Shown one piece after another: positions 9,422 to 19,631 of a stretch of DNA of 64,000 bases. The stretch is from Planctomycetota bacterium (GTDB lineage Bacteria; Planctomycetota; Brocadiia; JAADGH01): the NCBI GenBank assembly GCA_040755855.1, contig JBFMAD010000003.1, forward strand, positions 160,001 to 224,000, written 5' to 3'. Position numbers and translations under genes: made by a program. The notes under the pieces were generated by a model that saw only the letters and a program-made list of their open reading frames with translations, did no database searches and had not been told where the DNA came from. Each line of letters opens with the position of its first letter. Within the stretch, counting starts at the first letter, position 1.

Positions 9422-11590
9422 ATGAACGGATCGAGTTTGCGCGCCTTATCCCTGTTCGTTTTGCTCATCTTCGGTCTCGGCGCTCTCCCTGCCCAGGAGG
9501 GCACAAGGTCCTCCACTGACAGGCAGCGCCCGCATCTCCGCGCCGGCGAATTGCTGGAGTCCACCGTCGGGGGCCGATATGAGACCCGGCAAATCCTGGC
9601 CATGCGGCCCGAAGACTTCGACTCGAAGGACATTCAGTACTATCGCACCCTGTCGCTTACAAAGAAGTTTAAAGACATCAACGAGGAGTTTGACTGCAAC
9701 TACACCCTCTTCCGCTATGCCCTCGCCCGCCTCGCGGCCACGACGGACGACCCGCATGTCGAAAGGGAATTCAAGGAACGCTACCTTGCCTTTCAGGACC
9801 TGTGCCGCCGCCTTTCTCAAAAACACGCCTTCGCCGACGTGTGGCAGGAGGAGAAGGCGGAGTGGGTGAAGGACCCGTACGAGGTCTACAGGCACTTTCT
9901 CATGGTGTACCTCGATGAGCTGGCTGCTCAACTTGACGTCCGTGAAAACTTGGATGGGGCGAAGTCGCCATACACCATTGCCGAGGATTACATCCGCTAC
10001 CCGAGCGAGACAAACAAGCAGCAGCTCAAGCAGCTTTACTTCTCCATCAGCCAGTACTTCCAGAGCAGCAACTACACCTGGACCCGCTATATTGACAAAT
10101 ACCGGTTCCAGGCGGCCCGTCAGAGGCTCTTCGTCGAGGAATGGGAGCGGGAACTGAAACGTTACCAGGAGCTGCTCCACAGGCGGGAAGATACCCCCGG
10201 CTACCGTCAGTCCCTGCGGCTGGCCGAGGAGAGCGTACGCTTCGCCTACCATCGGCTAAAGAAGGAAGGGCGGACCAATTGCCTGCCCTATTTTTCAAAG
10301 GTAAACACCTTCTATCTCTCCGATACGGTTGACGATTACCTCAAGAAGGCGGCGGAGGAGACGGAACTCGAGAAACAACGCCACGACCGACGCAACAAAG
10401 AGGAAGTGGTGATCTTCATTCACGGTCTCGGCGAGGACCGCGCCTGTTGGGGAGAGTTCCCCGAATTACTTGCGATGGAAGACGTGGCCGACCCGACGCT
10501 GAACAAGCATTACCACGTCTATGTCTTCCAGTACGCCACGCAGGAAAAATCAAAAGGCGTGGAAGACTTCGTCCCGGAACTGGCGGGATTCATCGCGCAG
10601 ATCAAGCGCGAAGAAAAGGCAGAGAAGGTAACACTCATCGGCCACAGCTTCGGCGGGGTGATCGCCCTCCGCTACCTCGTCGGCAAGGACCCGGAAACGG
10701 GGAGGCCCTGGCGTGAGAACGTGGACCGTTTCGTGGGGATCGCGCCGTCCCTGCACGGGAGCCATCTGGCGAATGTGGTCGTCGGCATATTCCGGGAAAA
10801 GGAGAAGAAGTTCGAGCGCAACCTGCCGCTGTTCGCCAAGGGGATGCCCTTCGTTGGGAGAATGGGAGACCTCCAAATCGTCGAAAACCAGATCGGCAGT
10901 GAGGTGAATCTGACATCCTTCGCCGCTCTCGACCGCGAAAGGCGCCTGGAGGGTATCCGAACTCTAACCATCATCGGCGACCCGTGGAACCCGCTCGACG
11001 TCTTCCTCCCCAGCGGGCGCAGCGAGGACGACGACCTCGTGAAAACCTTCAGCGCCAACCCGAATCACGTCTTCCTCGACGGGCCGTCGGCGGACAAGAA
11101 CATCGGGTACGCCGGCGCGCAGGTGCGATACACGGACAAAACCCATTTTCCCAGCATCAAGGCCATGGACCGCCAACACATCAGCTACCGATACGTGAGT
11201 TCCTTCCTCAAGGGCGATCTTCTGCCCCAGCAGGAAGCCGAGGAACACAAGGTCAAATACTTTCTCATCGCCCTCCGCGTGTTCCCGGCGAAATACGCCG
11301 ATTCCGATCGCCCATTCCTGCCGGACAAACAGCGGAGTCCAACGGGGGAGTTGCTTCTGCCGCCGTTGAAGGTCGAGATATCCGGGGCGCGCTCCGTCGA
11401 GTTCCACGAGCGCCAATGGAACCTCGCCACGGGCGTGTTCTTCGTGGAGGGACACATCAAACGGCCAAACGTCGAGGAAGGGGTTAGAGTGCGGTTATCC
11501 GCCGAGGGCTATGAAACCAAGGACATGCTGATTCCCGTCCGATCCGGCCAAACCACCTACGCTGTCAATCTCATCGTCAATCCACAGTGA
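9422..11590 (+). CDS. Secreted alpha/beta hydrolase (lipase/PGAP1-like) with long helical N-terminal region
   Basis: Signal peptide; VIFIHGLG oxyanion motif; IGHSFGG nucleophile elbow; DDLV and later His. Confidence 0.75.
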   Translation: MNGSSLRALSLFVLLIFGLGALPAQEGTRSSTDRQRPHLRAGELLESTVGGRYETRQILAMRPEDFDSKDIQYYRTLSLTKKFKDINEEFDCNYTLFRYALARLAATTDDPHVEREFKERYLAFQDLCRRLSQKHAFADVWQEEKAEWVKDPYEVYRHFLMVYLDELAAQLDVRENLDGAKSPYTIAEDYIRYPSETNKQQLKQLYFSISQYFQSSNYTWTRYIDKYRFQAARQRLFVEEWERELKRYQELLHRREDTPGYRQSLRLAEESVRFAYHRLKKEGRTNCLPYFSKVNTFYLSDTVDDYLKKAAEETELEKQRHDRRNKEEVVIFIHGLGEDRACWGEFPELLAMEDVADPTLNKHYHVYVFQYATQEKSKGVEDFVPELAGFIAQIKREEKAEKVTLIGHSFGGVIALRYLVGKDPETGRPWRENVDRFVGIAPSLHGSHLANVVVGIFREKEKKFERNLPLFAKGMPFVGRMGDLQIVENQIGSEVNLTSFAALDRERRLEGIRTLTIIGDPWNPLDVFLPSGRSEDDDLVKTFSANPNHVFLDGPSADKNIGYAGAQVRYTDKTHFPSIKAMDRQHISYRYVSSFLKGDLLPQQEAEEHKVKYFLIALRVFPAKYADSDRPFLPDKQRSPTGELLLPPLKVEISGARSVEFHERQWNLATGVFFVEGHIKRPNVEEGVRVRLSAEGYETKDMLIPVRSGQTTYAVNLIVNPQ

Positions 11591-13412
11591 CGTTGCCCCT
11601 TGGCGCCGGTTGTACGCGAAGGCGTTCGTCGGTTGAGACGAGTTTATCAATCCTCTTTACGTGCTCGGATTTGCCGAGAATATCCCGCGCCTCGGCAAAC
11701 CGCGCCCGGGCCTCGGCCAGGAGATTCCGGTCCGTCTCGGTCTGCAGAAAGGCATAGTAGCTGCAGACACCCATATAGAACGTCGTCAGCCCGATCTGCT
11801 CCTTGCGGACCGGTTGCCGGCAGGGCTCGGCTGCTTTGCTCAACCACTCCTGTAGGAACGCCAACCGCCCTCGCGTCTCGGCAAGTAGGTCAATAGCGCC
11901 AATGGCGCCGATCTCGCGGAGGGTAGTGTCCATGTCGTTTGCGATGGAGTGCAGCGGCGATGGGATGCTGCGGCTCGTGTGGGCCCACTTGATTGCCTCG
12001 ACCAATTCCGCCATGCTTGCTTGCAGGAATGCGGGGTCGTTGCTTTGCCAATACCGAAAGTAGTAAACCATCCCCAGGTTCTTGTGGGCGAGGGCATATT
12101 TTGGATCGGCATCAAGCGCCTTTCGAAACGCGTCGAATGCTGCAGGCAGGTTGCTGCGAAAGAGATGGTAGGCGCCGATATTATTGTGCGCAATCGCCAA
12201 GCCGGGCTCTTTCTCCAGGTTGTCGGTCCAGAGGGTGATGGGAGTCTGGTAATCGGCATTACGTATGAGCGTGCCCTGCCCGAGAAGGAGAACCCAAGCC
12301 GCGCCGCCGATGAGCGCCGCGGCGCGAAGGACTCGACCGCGTTGGGCCAAGGCGGACAGGGATATGGCGGCCAGAAAGAGGAACCCGAACGATGGGAGGT
12401 AGGTGCGGTACTCGCAGAGGATGGCTTTGCGGGGGATAATGGTAGAGGACGCTGAGATGGTAACGAAGAACCACAGCACGGCGAACGAGAAGATGGGGTA
12501 GCGTCGCAGCGCAAGCAACGCAGCGGCAATCAGCAATGCCAACAGGACGATTGCCGCGACGGCCGTAGCGTCCCAGATGGTCTCGATGGCGTCCACTATG
12601 TATTCAATCCGCAGGCCGGTCGGAAGGATCAAGAGGCGAAGGTATCGGCAGACAGCGACGGACTGCGTCAGAATGTTGGAATAGACGCTGCGGTAGTGGA
12701 ACGGTTGAACCACTTGATTCCATAACAGAAATATGACGCATAAGGCGATGGCAGCCGCGGCGGCGATGAACAATAGGATCGGCTTGAGTCGCTTTTGGAA
12801 GAAGATCGCCTCGTAAAGCACGACGATTCCGGGTAATGTGATGGCAATGGACTTGGAGCCGAGGGCGAGAAGAAAACAAATACCGGCAAGGATGAAACAA
12901 GGCGCGCTCCCGCGGATGTTCCGCGCCAATCGTCCGCGAAGGTAAGACGCGACGGCTAACAGGTAAAAGAACGCGCAGAGGAGCTCGCTGCGACAGGAAA
13001 TCAGGTTGACGGCCATCGTTTGCAGAGGATGGACGGCAAAGGCGATTCCCGTGAGGAAGGGGATTGCCCCATCATGTTCCCGTCCGGCGGCCCGAAGGGT
13101 CAGGTCGGCCACGCCGTAGGCCAGCAGGCAGACGCCGATGTGGATGAGCACATTAACCACATGGTATCCGAAGGGGTCGTCGCCGCCTACCCGGTAATTG
13201 AGAGCGAGGCTGGTACGAAATAGGGGGCGATCGCCGAAGGTCAGGAGGATCCGGGGGATGTTCCGAATCTCATGGATATCCTCATTTCCCTCGACCTCGC
13301 GGAAATCATCGTATTGGAGCGAGTTATAGAAGCTGTTGGAATAGACCGCGAACGCCGCCGCCGCGATGAACGCAAGGGCGAAGACGCGGCGCGTATGGCA
13401 ATTTAGCTCCAT
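11577..13412 (-). CDS. TMTC-like GT-C membrane glycosyltransferase with C-terminal TPR
   Basis: YDD luminal motif, RPL, GYHVVNVLIH, FAVHPL, EYRTYLPS, many TM helices, TPR (AHNNIG, AHKNLG). Confidence 0.85.
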   Translation of the reverse strand: MELNCHTRRVFALAFIAAAAFAVYSNSFYNSLQYDDFREVEGNEDIHEIRNIPRILLTFGDRPLFRTSLALNYRVGGDDPFGYHVVNVLIHIGVCLLAYGVADLTLRAAGREHDGAIPFLTGIAFAVHPLQTMAVNLISCRSELLCAFFYLLAVASYLRGRLARNIRGSAPCFILAGICFLLALGSKSIAITLPGIVVLYEAIFFQKRLKPILLFIAAAAAIALCVIFLLWNQVVQPFHYRSVYSNILTQSVAVCRYLRLLILPTGLRIEYIVDAIETIWDATAVAAIVLLALLIAAALLALRRYPIFSFAVLWFFVTISASSTIIPRKAILCEYRTYLPSFGFLFLAAISLSALAQRGRVLRAAALIGGAAWVLLLGQGTLIRNADYQTPITLWTDNLEKEPGLAIAHNNIGAYHLFRSNLPAAFDAFRKALDADPKYALAHKNLGMVYYFRYWQSNDPAFLQASMAELVEAIKWAHTSRSIPSPLHSIANDMDTTLREIGAIGAIDLLAETRGRLAFLQEWLSKAAEPCRQPVRKEQIGLTTFYMGVCSYYAFLQTETDRNLLAEARARFAEARDILGKSEHVKRIDKLVSTDERLRVQPAPRGNVTVD

Positions 13413-13445
13413 TGGGGGTTAAATCCCAGGATGCCGGACGGCCTC

Positions 13446-14396
13446 CTACGAGGGGCTGCCGCAGTGAGATGGCTTCGGCTCGCGCAAGCTGCCGCGGTTG
13501 AGCCTGCGGTTGAAGACACTGCGCGTGAGTCGGCTGTTGCGCTGGTGCGCGTCGCGGCGGTCGTCCTGGACGTAGACAGGCTGAGAGATGAAGGCGCCGA
13601 CGCGCGGGTCCCATTGCGCCATGGCCATCTGCCATCCCTGGTTGTGCGATTTGTAGTAGGGAAAAGGCGTGAGGCTGCCGATTTGCACCTTGCCGGTGAT
13701 TGGGATATCAATATGTTCACCGGGTTGGAGCGTCTTCTGCGTGCCGTCAGCATAGGTGATCGTGATCGGTCCCTTGCTGCCGGCGGCGTTGGTGATTCGG
13801 ATGCCATTTGGGGTTCGATCCACGCGCACGTCGCACCCGGGGCCCTGCTCCCAGCTGACTCCGGCGGAGAACTGCGACGGCAGATACGTTCCCGTCTCTA
13901 CGATCAGCCGATAGCTCCCGCTCCACGTGACCTGAATGGTGCTCGAACATCCGCGTACGGCCGCTACGCCGTCAGGAAGCTCGAACAATGTCTTGGCGGT
14001 GGACTTTGGTTCGATGAAATTCCACACCTTGCCGACGACAATACGAATCCGCCGCTCAACCGCCTCTTGCTGCGCGGCAACCTGCACCTTCGCCATAGGC
14101 GGGTTGATAACGATCAAGGTCTCTTCATCAAGTTTCAACTGGGACCCGTCCTCGAAGAGGACGCTTGCCGTGCCCTTTCGTGTCTGGATCATGTCGGCGT
14201 TGATCAGCGAGCCGTTGCGGATCATCTGTCCCACCTTCACGGGGCGGATGATCTCCTCGCCGCGCTGGATCTGGACCTCCCCCGCGAACTCGGATATCCG
14301 CGCGATGCCCTCCTGACCCGCCGCCACGCCGCAGCAAACCGCAACCAGGATGAATAGGCCCACGAACCGGCTTGTTCTCCCTGCGATTGCTTTCAT
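13446..14396 (-). CDS. Secreted FecR-domain protein
   Basis: AGGAGG RBS before ATG 14396; signal peptide; GEVQI, D.IQT, F.DGSQLKL, AAVRG FecR-like strands. Confidence 0.75.
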   Translation of the reverse strand: MKAIAGRTSRFVGLFILVAVCCGVAAGQEGIARISEFAGEVQIQRGEEIIRPVKVGQMIRNGSLINADMIQTRKGTASVLFEDGSQLKLDEETLIVINPPMAKVQVAAQQEAVERRIRIVVGKVWNFIEPKSTAKTLFELPDGVAAVRGCSSTIQVTWSGSYRLIVETGTYLPSQFSAGVSWEQGPGCDVRVDRTPNGIRITNAAGSKGPITITYADGTQKTLQPGEHIDIPITGKVQIGSLTPFPYYKSHNQGWQMAMAQWDPRVGAFISQPVYVQDDRRDAHQRNSRLTRSVFNRRLNRGSLREPKPSHCGSPS

Positions 14397-14496
14397 TTCC
14401 ATTCCTCCTTTGTACATAAACGAAAGCAATTCCTGGGGGTCTTATTTAATTGTAACATATGAATTGCCATTTAGTCGGAAAAATTAAAAATAATTT

Positions 14497-15549
14497 TTAC
14501 CAGGACCCCTGGACCACCGAAATTCGCCCCTTGGACCCATCATACTCTGTCTCCGCCAGCGAACCGGCCGCTCTCTGCTCAAACGCTCCCTCCAGCGCCG
14601 TCGCGTAGGAAGTCGGTGAGCCCACTTGAATTATGGATAAAAATCCCTTTTCCCCGACCTGCACACGCACTGCCCCAAAACTCGACGCTACCTTGACGAC
14701 GTAGAATGCCCCCCCCGTGCTCTCGCCTTTTCCAGCAGAGACGATCTCCACAACCGTGAATGGCTGCACGAGGAAAATCGTGCCGTCTGGAAAGGTAATC
14801 TGCGCCTGGCCGTTAATTCCCGCAAAGAGGCGCGTTCCTACAGCCGCCGCGTCGCCTTCCTTGGCCGGCGCCCAGGCCGAGTCCTTGGGCTGAATCCACA
14901 TCGCCCCGCGCGTGGCAGCCACGGTACCCGAGATTTCCGTTGACGCCTGCTTTAGCCCGGCCGTCAGGGCGACGATCAATCGCTCCTGTGCAGCCTTGGT
15001 CTCATCAGGCGTCTCCGGCTTCGCGGCATTGAGGTCAATTTTCACCAGGTCTTCTTGTGTCCCACTCCTTGCGCGAAGCCGCGTGGCAAGCCCCTGGAGG
15101 GATAGGACCAGGGACATGCCGCTGACCGGATCCCCCGGCCTGCCGCCGCCCATCAGGTCGTTCTCCCCACATTCCTTTATGGCTGTTTTTTCCGATAGGC
15201 CGAACAGCGCATCCCCCAGTCCCTTCTTCAGGCCGGCTGCTTTGAAAAGCATGACGGCAAATTTCCCATTCGTCAGGCGATCATCGTTTTTCAGGTCCCA
15301 CTTCTTATCCACGATTTCCTTCTGCCTAAGGGCGCTCAGCGCCTCCTCGAAGGGAAGGATCGTCCCCTCGCCGGTGATGGCAAAGGCCACGCCGCGTACG
15401 CCTTCGGCATACGTCACGCTCTCACGCGCCGCGAGGCCGGTGATGAATTCCGCCTCATTTTCCGGGCGCGCGACCCTGGAAAACAAGAGGATAACCAGCA
15501 TGGCAAGACCAAGAAGGATGCGCCTCACGTCGGCACCTCTCTTTCGCAA
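14497..15549 (-). CDS. Secreted protein with helical N-terminal domain and C-terminal FecR-like domain
   Basis: Signal peptide; C-terminal W..A..GD....GT.L......AQITFPDGT....PFT FecR-like pattern. Confidence 0.6.
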   Translation of the reverse strand: MRKRGADVRRILLGLAMLVILLFSRVARPENEAEFITGLAARESVTYAEGVRGVAFAITGEGTILPFEEALSALRQKEIVDKKWDLKNDDRLTNGKFAVMLFKAAGLKKGLGDALFGLSEKTAIKECGENDLMGGGRPGDPVSGMSLVLSLQGLATRLRARSGTQEDLVKIDLNAAKPETPDETKAAQERLIVALTAGLKQASTEISGTVAATRGAMWIQPKDSAWAPAKEGDAAAVGTRLFAGINGQAQITFPDGTIFLVQPFTVVEIVSAGKGESTGGAFYVVKVASSFGAVRVQVGEKGFLSIIQVGSPTSYATALEGAFEQRAAGSLAETEYDGSKGRISVVQGSW

Positions 15550-16998
15550 TCAGAACCGATAGGAAAAGTTGAACATGAAGTAGCTGTTCATGTGCCGTAT
15601 CGGGAACGCCTTGCCGGGGAAGAACATCCCGTACTCCACGCCGATGGAGACATCCCGGAGCGGGTCCCAGCTGACGAAGAAGTCTAATTCCTGTCCTACG
15701 CCCTTGTGGTCCCGGATGGCGGCCTGGTCGGAGATGCCGCCTGTGATTTCGTCCTTGCGGAAGAAGTAGTGGGCAACCCCGAACCGCAGGCTCTCGAAGG
15801 GATCCCGGTCGTAAAACGGATTCACGGCAAAGCCGGTTCGGTAGATATTCAGGTTGCTTACCATGGGGTCGAGCACATAACCTACCGGCACGTAACCGAA
15901 CGGGAGGAAACCGCGGTCATCGGTATCTGCCAGGTTGCCGGCCACGGTGCTGCCGGGGATCAGTCGGTCCGCGTCGCCGGAACCATGGATATACCCCAGC
16001 GAGAAGACGGGCTTGCCGGGATGCTCCAACTCGTAATCCACGCCGACGTCCACCGCAAAGGCCCGAATCGGGTCCTGGCGGATATTCATAGGGGTCGGAA
16101 TAATAATACCGAAGGGGCCGGTGCGGTTTTCTATGCTCTCGCCCATGCTCCTGCCAGACTGACGGATGTACTCCGCGTGATACGTCAGCCGGGGCAGGAC
16201 CTCTCCCTCGGCGCCCAGGCCAAGATAGCGGGCGTTGTAGGTGTAGTTGCGGAAGGGGTCTCGTGGGTGGGGGTGGCTGTAGTCATCTTCCGTCATGAAG
16301 AAGATGTATGGTTGGAAGGGCTTGACGAGTTCGTAGCGCGCCTCGCCGGCGAAGAACCGCCGATCGTTGTCCCGTCCGGGGACGCTGGTGTCAATGTTGC
16401 CGTAATAGGTGAGGGTTCTGGCCCCCCAGAGTTGAGCGCGGAGATTGCCCCAAGCGACCTCGCCTTTGATACCGTCGCTGATGTCGTTGTAGGTCAGGCC
16501 GTGGCCGAGGGTGAAGAACTGCCTGCCGACCGTCGCCTGGCTCAGGAATTGCTGGCCCGCGAGCTCGCGGATCTGAAACAGGTTACCCACGTCCGCCAAA
16601 TAATATAGTTCTTCCAGATCGCCCGTAAAGCCGTGGGCTTCTGTGGCGTCTGTGAAGTCCTCATCCAGGTAGGTCATCCGATACCGGGAGAAGATTCGGT
16701 GGGTGTTTTGAATCTGCAGATCCAACCACAGATTCGTGTCGCTCGTGAAGGCGGAGACGCTCGGCAGGCGAGAGTGCCTATTGCCGATGTATTCGTAGAT
16801 AACCGACGTGTTCCCCCCATAATCGAGCAGTAGCCAGTCGGGAAGTCCCCCCTCGCGGTATTCCACCTTTGCCTTATGGGCCGCATCGGCCTCCTCGCGG
16901 CGACGTTCCACCTCCGCGCGGGACGGCTGGGCGACGGCATCGGAAAGAAACGTCAGGCTTAACACAAACAAAGCTATGGCGACGATTCGGTGTTTCAT
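15550..16998 (-). CDS. Outer-membrane beta-barrel, alginate-export (AlgE-like) family
   Basis: Signal peptide from MKHRIV; VGRQFFTLGHGL, GSGD, GQELD, MFFPGKAF; terminal YRF. Confidence 0.8.
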   Translation of the reverse strand: MKHRIVAIALFVLSLTFLSDAVAQPSRAEVERRREEADAAHKAKVEYREGGLPDWLLLDYGGNTSVIYEYIGNRHSRLPSVSAFTSDTNLWLDLQIQNTHRIFSRYRMTYLDEDFTDATEAHGFTGDLEELYYLADVGNLFQIRELAGQQFLSQATVGRQFFTLGHGLTYNDISDGIKGEVAWGNLRAQLWGARTLTYYGNIDTSVPGRDNDRRFFAGEARYELVKPFQPYIFFMTEDDYSHPHPRDPFRNYTYNARYLGLGAEGEVLPRLTYHAEYIRQSGRSMGESIENRTGPFGIIIPTPMNIRQDPIRAFAVDVGVDYELEHPGKPVFSLGYIHGSGDADRLIPGSTVAGNLADTDDRGFLPFGYVPVGYVLDPMVSNLNIYRTGFAVNPFYDRDPFESLRFGVAHYFFRKDEITGGISDQAAIRDHKGVGQELDFFVSWDPLRDVSIGVEYGMFFPGKAFPIRHMNSYFMFNFSYRF

Positions 16999-17207
16999 AC
17001 GGATTCCTGTCGCAACAGGGCAGACGGCTGACGTTGCGGGGACGGCTCCCAAAGGCGCTGGTTCATAAGACAACAGATTACCATATTGCTGCCCCAATGT
17101 CAATACACTAAGCAATTTGCGCACCTTGACATTTATGCACTGAATTGTTATTTATAATAGTGTGGGCCTTGCGGGATGTCGGAAGGTGAATTTTACGGGT
17201 GCGAAAG

Positions 17208-18326
17208 ATGGTTGTGCAAAGATCCGGATTCGTTTTTTTAATGTGTGTGGTGGTGTTTGGCTGCGGCGCTACCCAAGTATTTTTCCAACCGGCGCCCCCG
17301 GCGGATGATACGGCGTATGTCAGCACGCAGGATGGCTGGAAGCTGGCCATTGATCATTTCATGCCCCGCAAAATCAGCACGAAGCGTCCGCCGGTGATTC
17401 TCTGCCATGGATTCACATACAATGGCAACTTCTGGAACATCGAGAAGGAACGAAGCTTTGCGCGCCAGTTGTGCAAACGGGGGTACGATACATGGGTCGT
17501 GTGGCTTCGCGGGACGCGGAAGACTGTGAAGGAGGGTGTGGGCGAGGGCGATGTCAAGCAACTGCCCGACAACTTCGACGACTACGTCCACAAAGACCTT
17601 CCGGCCATTATCAATCATGTGAAGAAAGCGACGGGCCGCGACAAGGTGATCTGGATCGGCCACAGCATGGGCGGCATGGTGATGTACGCATATCTGGAGA
17701 CCGAAAAGCCCGACGACATCCACGCTTTCGTCGCCATCGGGTCACCTATGTATATACCGAAGCCGATGAACGATATCCTGGAGAACACGGTCGAGAACAA
17801 GAACATGCTGAAGCTGGCCTCGGCGTTCATCGGCACCAAGGCGCCGAGCCAGCTCTTCGGGCCGTTGGGCAAGCGCGCCGAGGTGCAGCAGTACCAACTA
17901 TTTCACAATCACGAAAACATGACCTACGGCACGCTTGTTCGGCAGCGGCTGTATGTGGTGGAGGACGCGCCGAGCGGGGTTCACGAGCAGATGAACACGT
18001 TCCTCGAAAAGGGCGAGATGTTGTCCGCCGACGGCAAGATGAACTACACCAAGGGCCTGAACGAGGTGAAGGTCCCCATCCTCCTGGTGGCCGGGCTGGT
18101 GGACTATATGGCCTCGCCAGAGGTCGTGCGCTACGCTTACAACCATGTGGGGGCGGAGGACAAGACGTTCCGCCTATTCTGCACGGCGAACGGGTCGAAG
18201 GTAAACTACGGTCATGATGATCTTGTCATTGGCAAGCACGCCAACGTTGAGGTCTTTCCGTATATTCTTTTCTGGCTGGAGCGTCAATGCGGCCAGTTCA
18301 ACAAGGCGTGTCTGATGTGCCATTAG
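17208..18326 (+). CDS. Lipoprotein alpha/beta hydrolase (lipase/PhaC-like) ending in CxxCH
   Basis: Lipobox-like VFGC; ILCHG, GHSMGG, D in GLVD, YGHDDL; C-terminus CLMCH-stop. Start could be 17199. Confidence 0.85.
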   Translation: MVVQRSGFVFLMCVVVFGCGATQVFFQPAPPADDTAYVSTQDGWKLAIDHFMPRKISTKRPPVILCHGFTYNGNFWNIEKERSFARQLCKRGYDTWVVWLRGTRKTVKEGVGEGDVKQLPDNFDDYVHKDLPAIINHVKKATGRDKVIWIGHSMGGMVMYAYLETEKPDDIHAFVAIGSPMYIPKPMNDILENTVENKNMLKLASAFIGTKAPSQLFGPLGKRAEVQQYQLFHNHENMTYGTLVRQRLYVVEDAPSGVHEQMNTFLEKGEMLSADGKMNYTKGLNEVKVPILLVAGLVDYMASPEVVRYAYNHVGAEDKTFRLFCTANGSKVNYGHDDLVIGKHANVEVFPYILFWLERQCGQFNKACLMCH

Positions 18327-18370
18327 GGGGCGTCGGGGGGGACCCTCGCGAATAGGAAAGGAATGAAGCA

Positions 18371-18847
18371 GTGAAATCGGCGCATATCGCTTGTGTGATA
18401 ACCTTGTCGGCTCTTGCGTTCGTCCTAACGGGATGCTCCTCCGCGGGAATGGTCCATGTCCGGTTGATCAAGTTTCCTATTGAACGAACCTATAACGCGA
18501 CTTATGACCGCACCTGGAAGGCGGCCGTTCAGACCATGAAGGGTTACGAGTTGGTTGTCTCGGACGAAGAGTCGGGTTACCTGATCTCCGACTACATCAA
18601 GGGCGAGTCCGACGCATATCGCTATCGCGATAAAGATGGCAAGGAGAAGCCCTGCCGGTGCGAATTCACCATCCACGCCGTCGTCGAGGAAGTGGGCAAG
18701 GAACGAACGAAGGTCCGCATTGACATCTACGAGAAGACTCTCTTTATGTACCCCGACGCCGGCCCCACATGGGAACTGACCAAAAGCTCAACGCTGCGGG
18801 AGAAGAAGATCCTGGATGGGATTGCGGAGATCCTCGCCAAGGGCTAA
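18371..18847 (+). CDS. Lipoprotein, BamC/DUF3568-like helix-grip domain
   Basis: Lipobox LTGC; R.Y.A.YD..W.A....M......SDE.SG.I pattern. Confidence 0.6.
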   Translation: MKSAHIACVITLSALAFVLTGCSSAGMVHVRLIKFPIERTYNATYDRTWKAAVQTMKGYELVVSDEESGYLISDYIKGESDAYRYRDKDGKEKPCRCEFTIHAVVEEVGKERTKVRIDIYEKTLFMYPDAGPTWELTKSSTLREKKILDGIAEILAKG

Positions 18848-18851
18848 GATC

Positions 18852-19619
18852 ATGGCGATCATTGACGCGCATGTGCACATCCCGTCATCCAGCGGCGAAA
18901 ATTTCGGGTGGCCGACGGCGACGACGCTGGGCGAAGTCCTGGGAAAAATGGATGCCGCCGGCATAGCCAAGGCGGTCATCACCTCGGCGCGCAGCACCCA
19001 GGCAAAGGACATGTGGGAGGCCCGCGCCGGCAACCGGGAAATGCTGGAGGCAGTGGCGCAACACCCCAACCGCTTCATCGGCGCGTGCCAGGTTCACCCC
19101 AGTTCCCCGCGAGACGCCGTCGAGGAGCTGCGCATTATGCGGGAAGAGTGCGGCATCCACTGGCTCGGCGAGCTCTGCGGCTACCTCGGTGGGTATGCCT
19201 ATGACACACGCGAGTTCGAGATGATCCTCGGCGCCGCCTCCGATCTCGGCATGATTGTGCAGATCCATACCACAGACCTGGCCACGTTGACCAAGCAGGC
19301 AAAGGCGCATCCTTCCACTCCCTTCATTCTCTGCCACATGGGGGGCGCAAAGGAGTACTCGGCGAGAGTCGCCGCCGTAAAGGACCACCCCAACCTATAC
19401 ATAGACATTTCCGGCTCGGACATCAGCCGGGCCGGAATACTGGAGGCATACATCTGCGAGGCCGGGCCGGAGAAGGTCCTGTTTGCGACAGATTACATCA
19501 TCTGTGAGCCGGTTGTCTATGTGGCCAGAGTTGAGACGCTCGATATCAGCGCAGAGGCCAAGGAGCAGATTTTCCACCGCAATGTCGAGCGCCTGCTCGC
19601 GGATAGCGGGCGAGCGTAA
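18852..19619 (+). CDS. Amidohydrolase_2 family TIM-barrel metallohydrolase
   Basis: IIDAHVH, QIH, ILCHMG, YIDISG, VLFATD. Confidence 0.9.
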   Translation: MAIIDAHVHIPSSSGENFGWPTATTLGEVLGKMDAAGIAKAVITSARSTQAKDMWEARAGNREMLEAVAQHPNRFIGACQVHPSSPRDAVEELRIMREECGIHWLGELCGYLGGYAYDTREFEMILGAASDLGMIVQIHTTDLATLTKQAKAHPSTPFILCHMGGAKEYSARVAAVKDHPNLYIDISGSDISRAGILEAYICEAGPEKVLFATDYIICEPVVYVARVETLDISAEAKEQIFHRNVERLLADSGRA

Positions 19620-19631
19620 GAGAGTCGTCCT

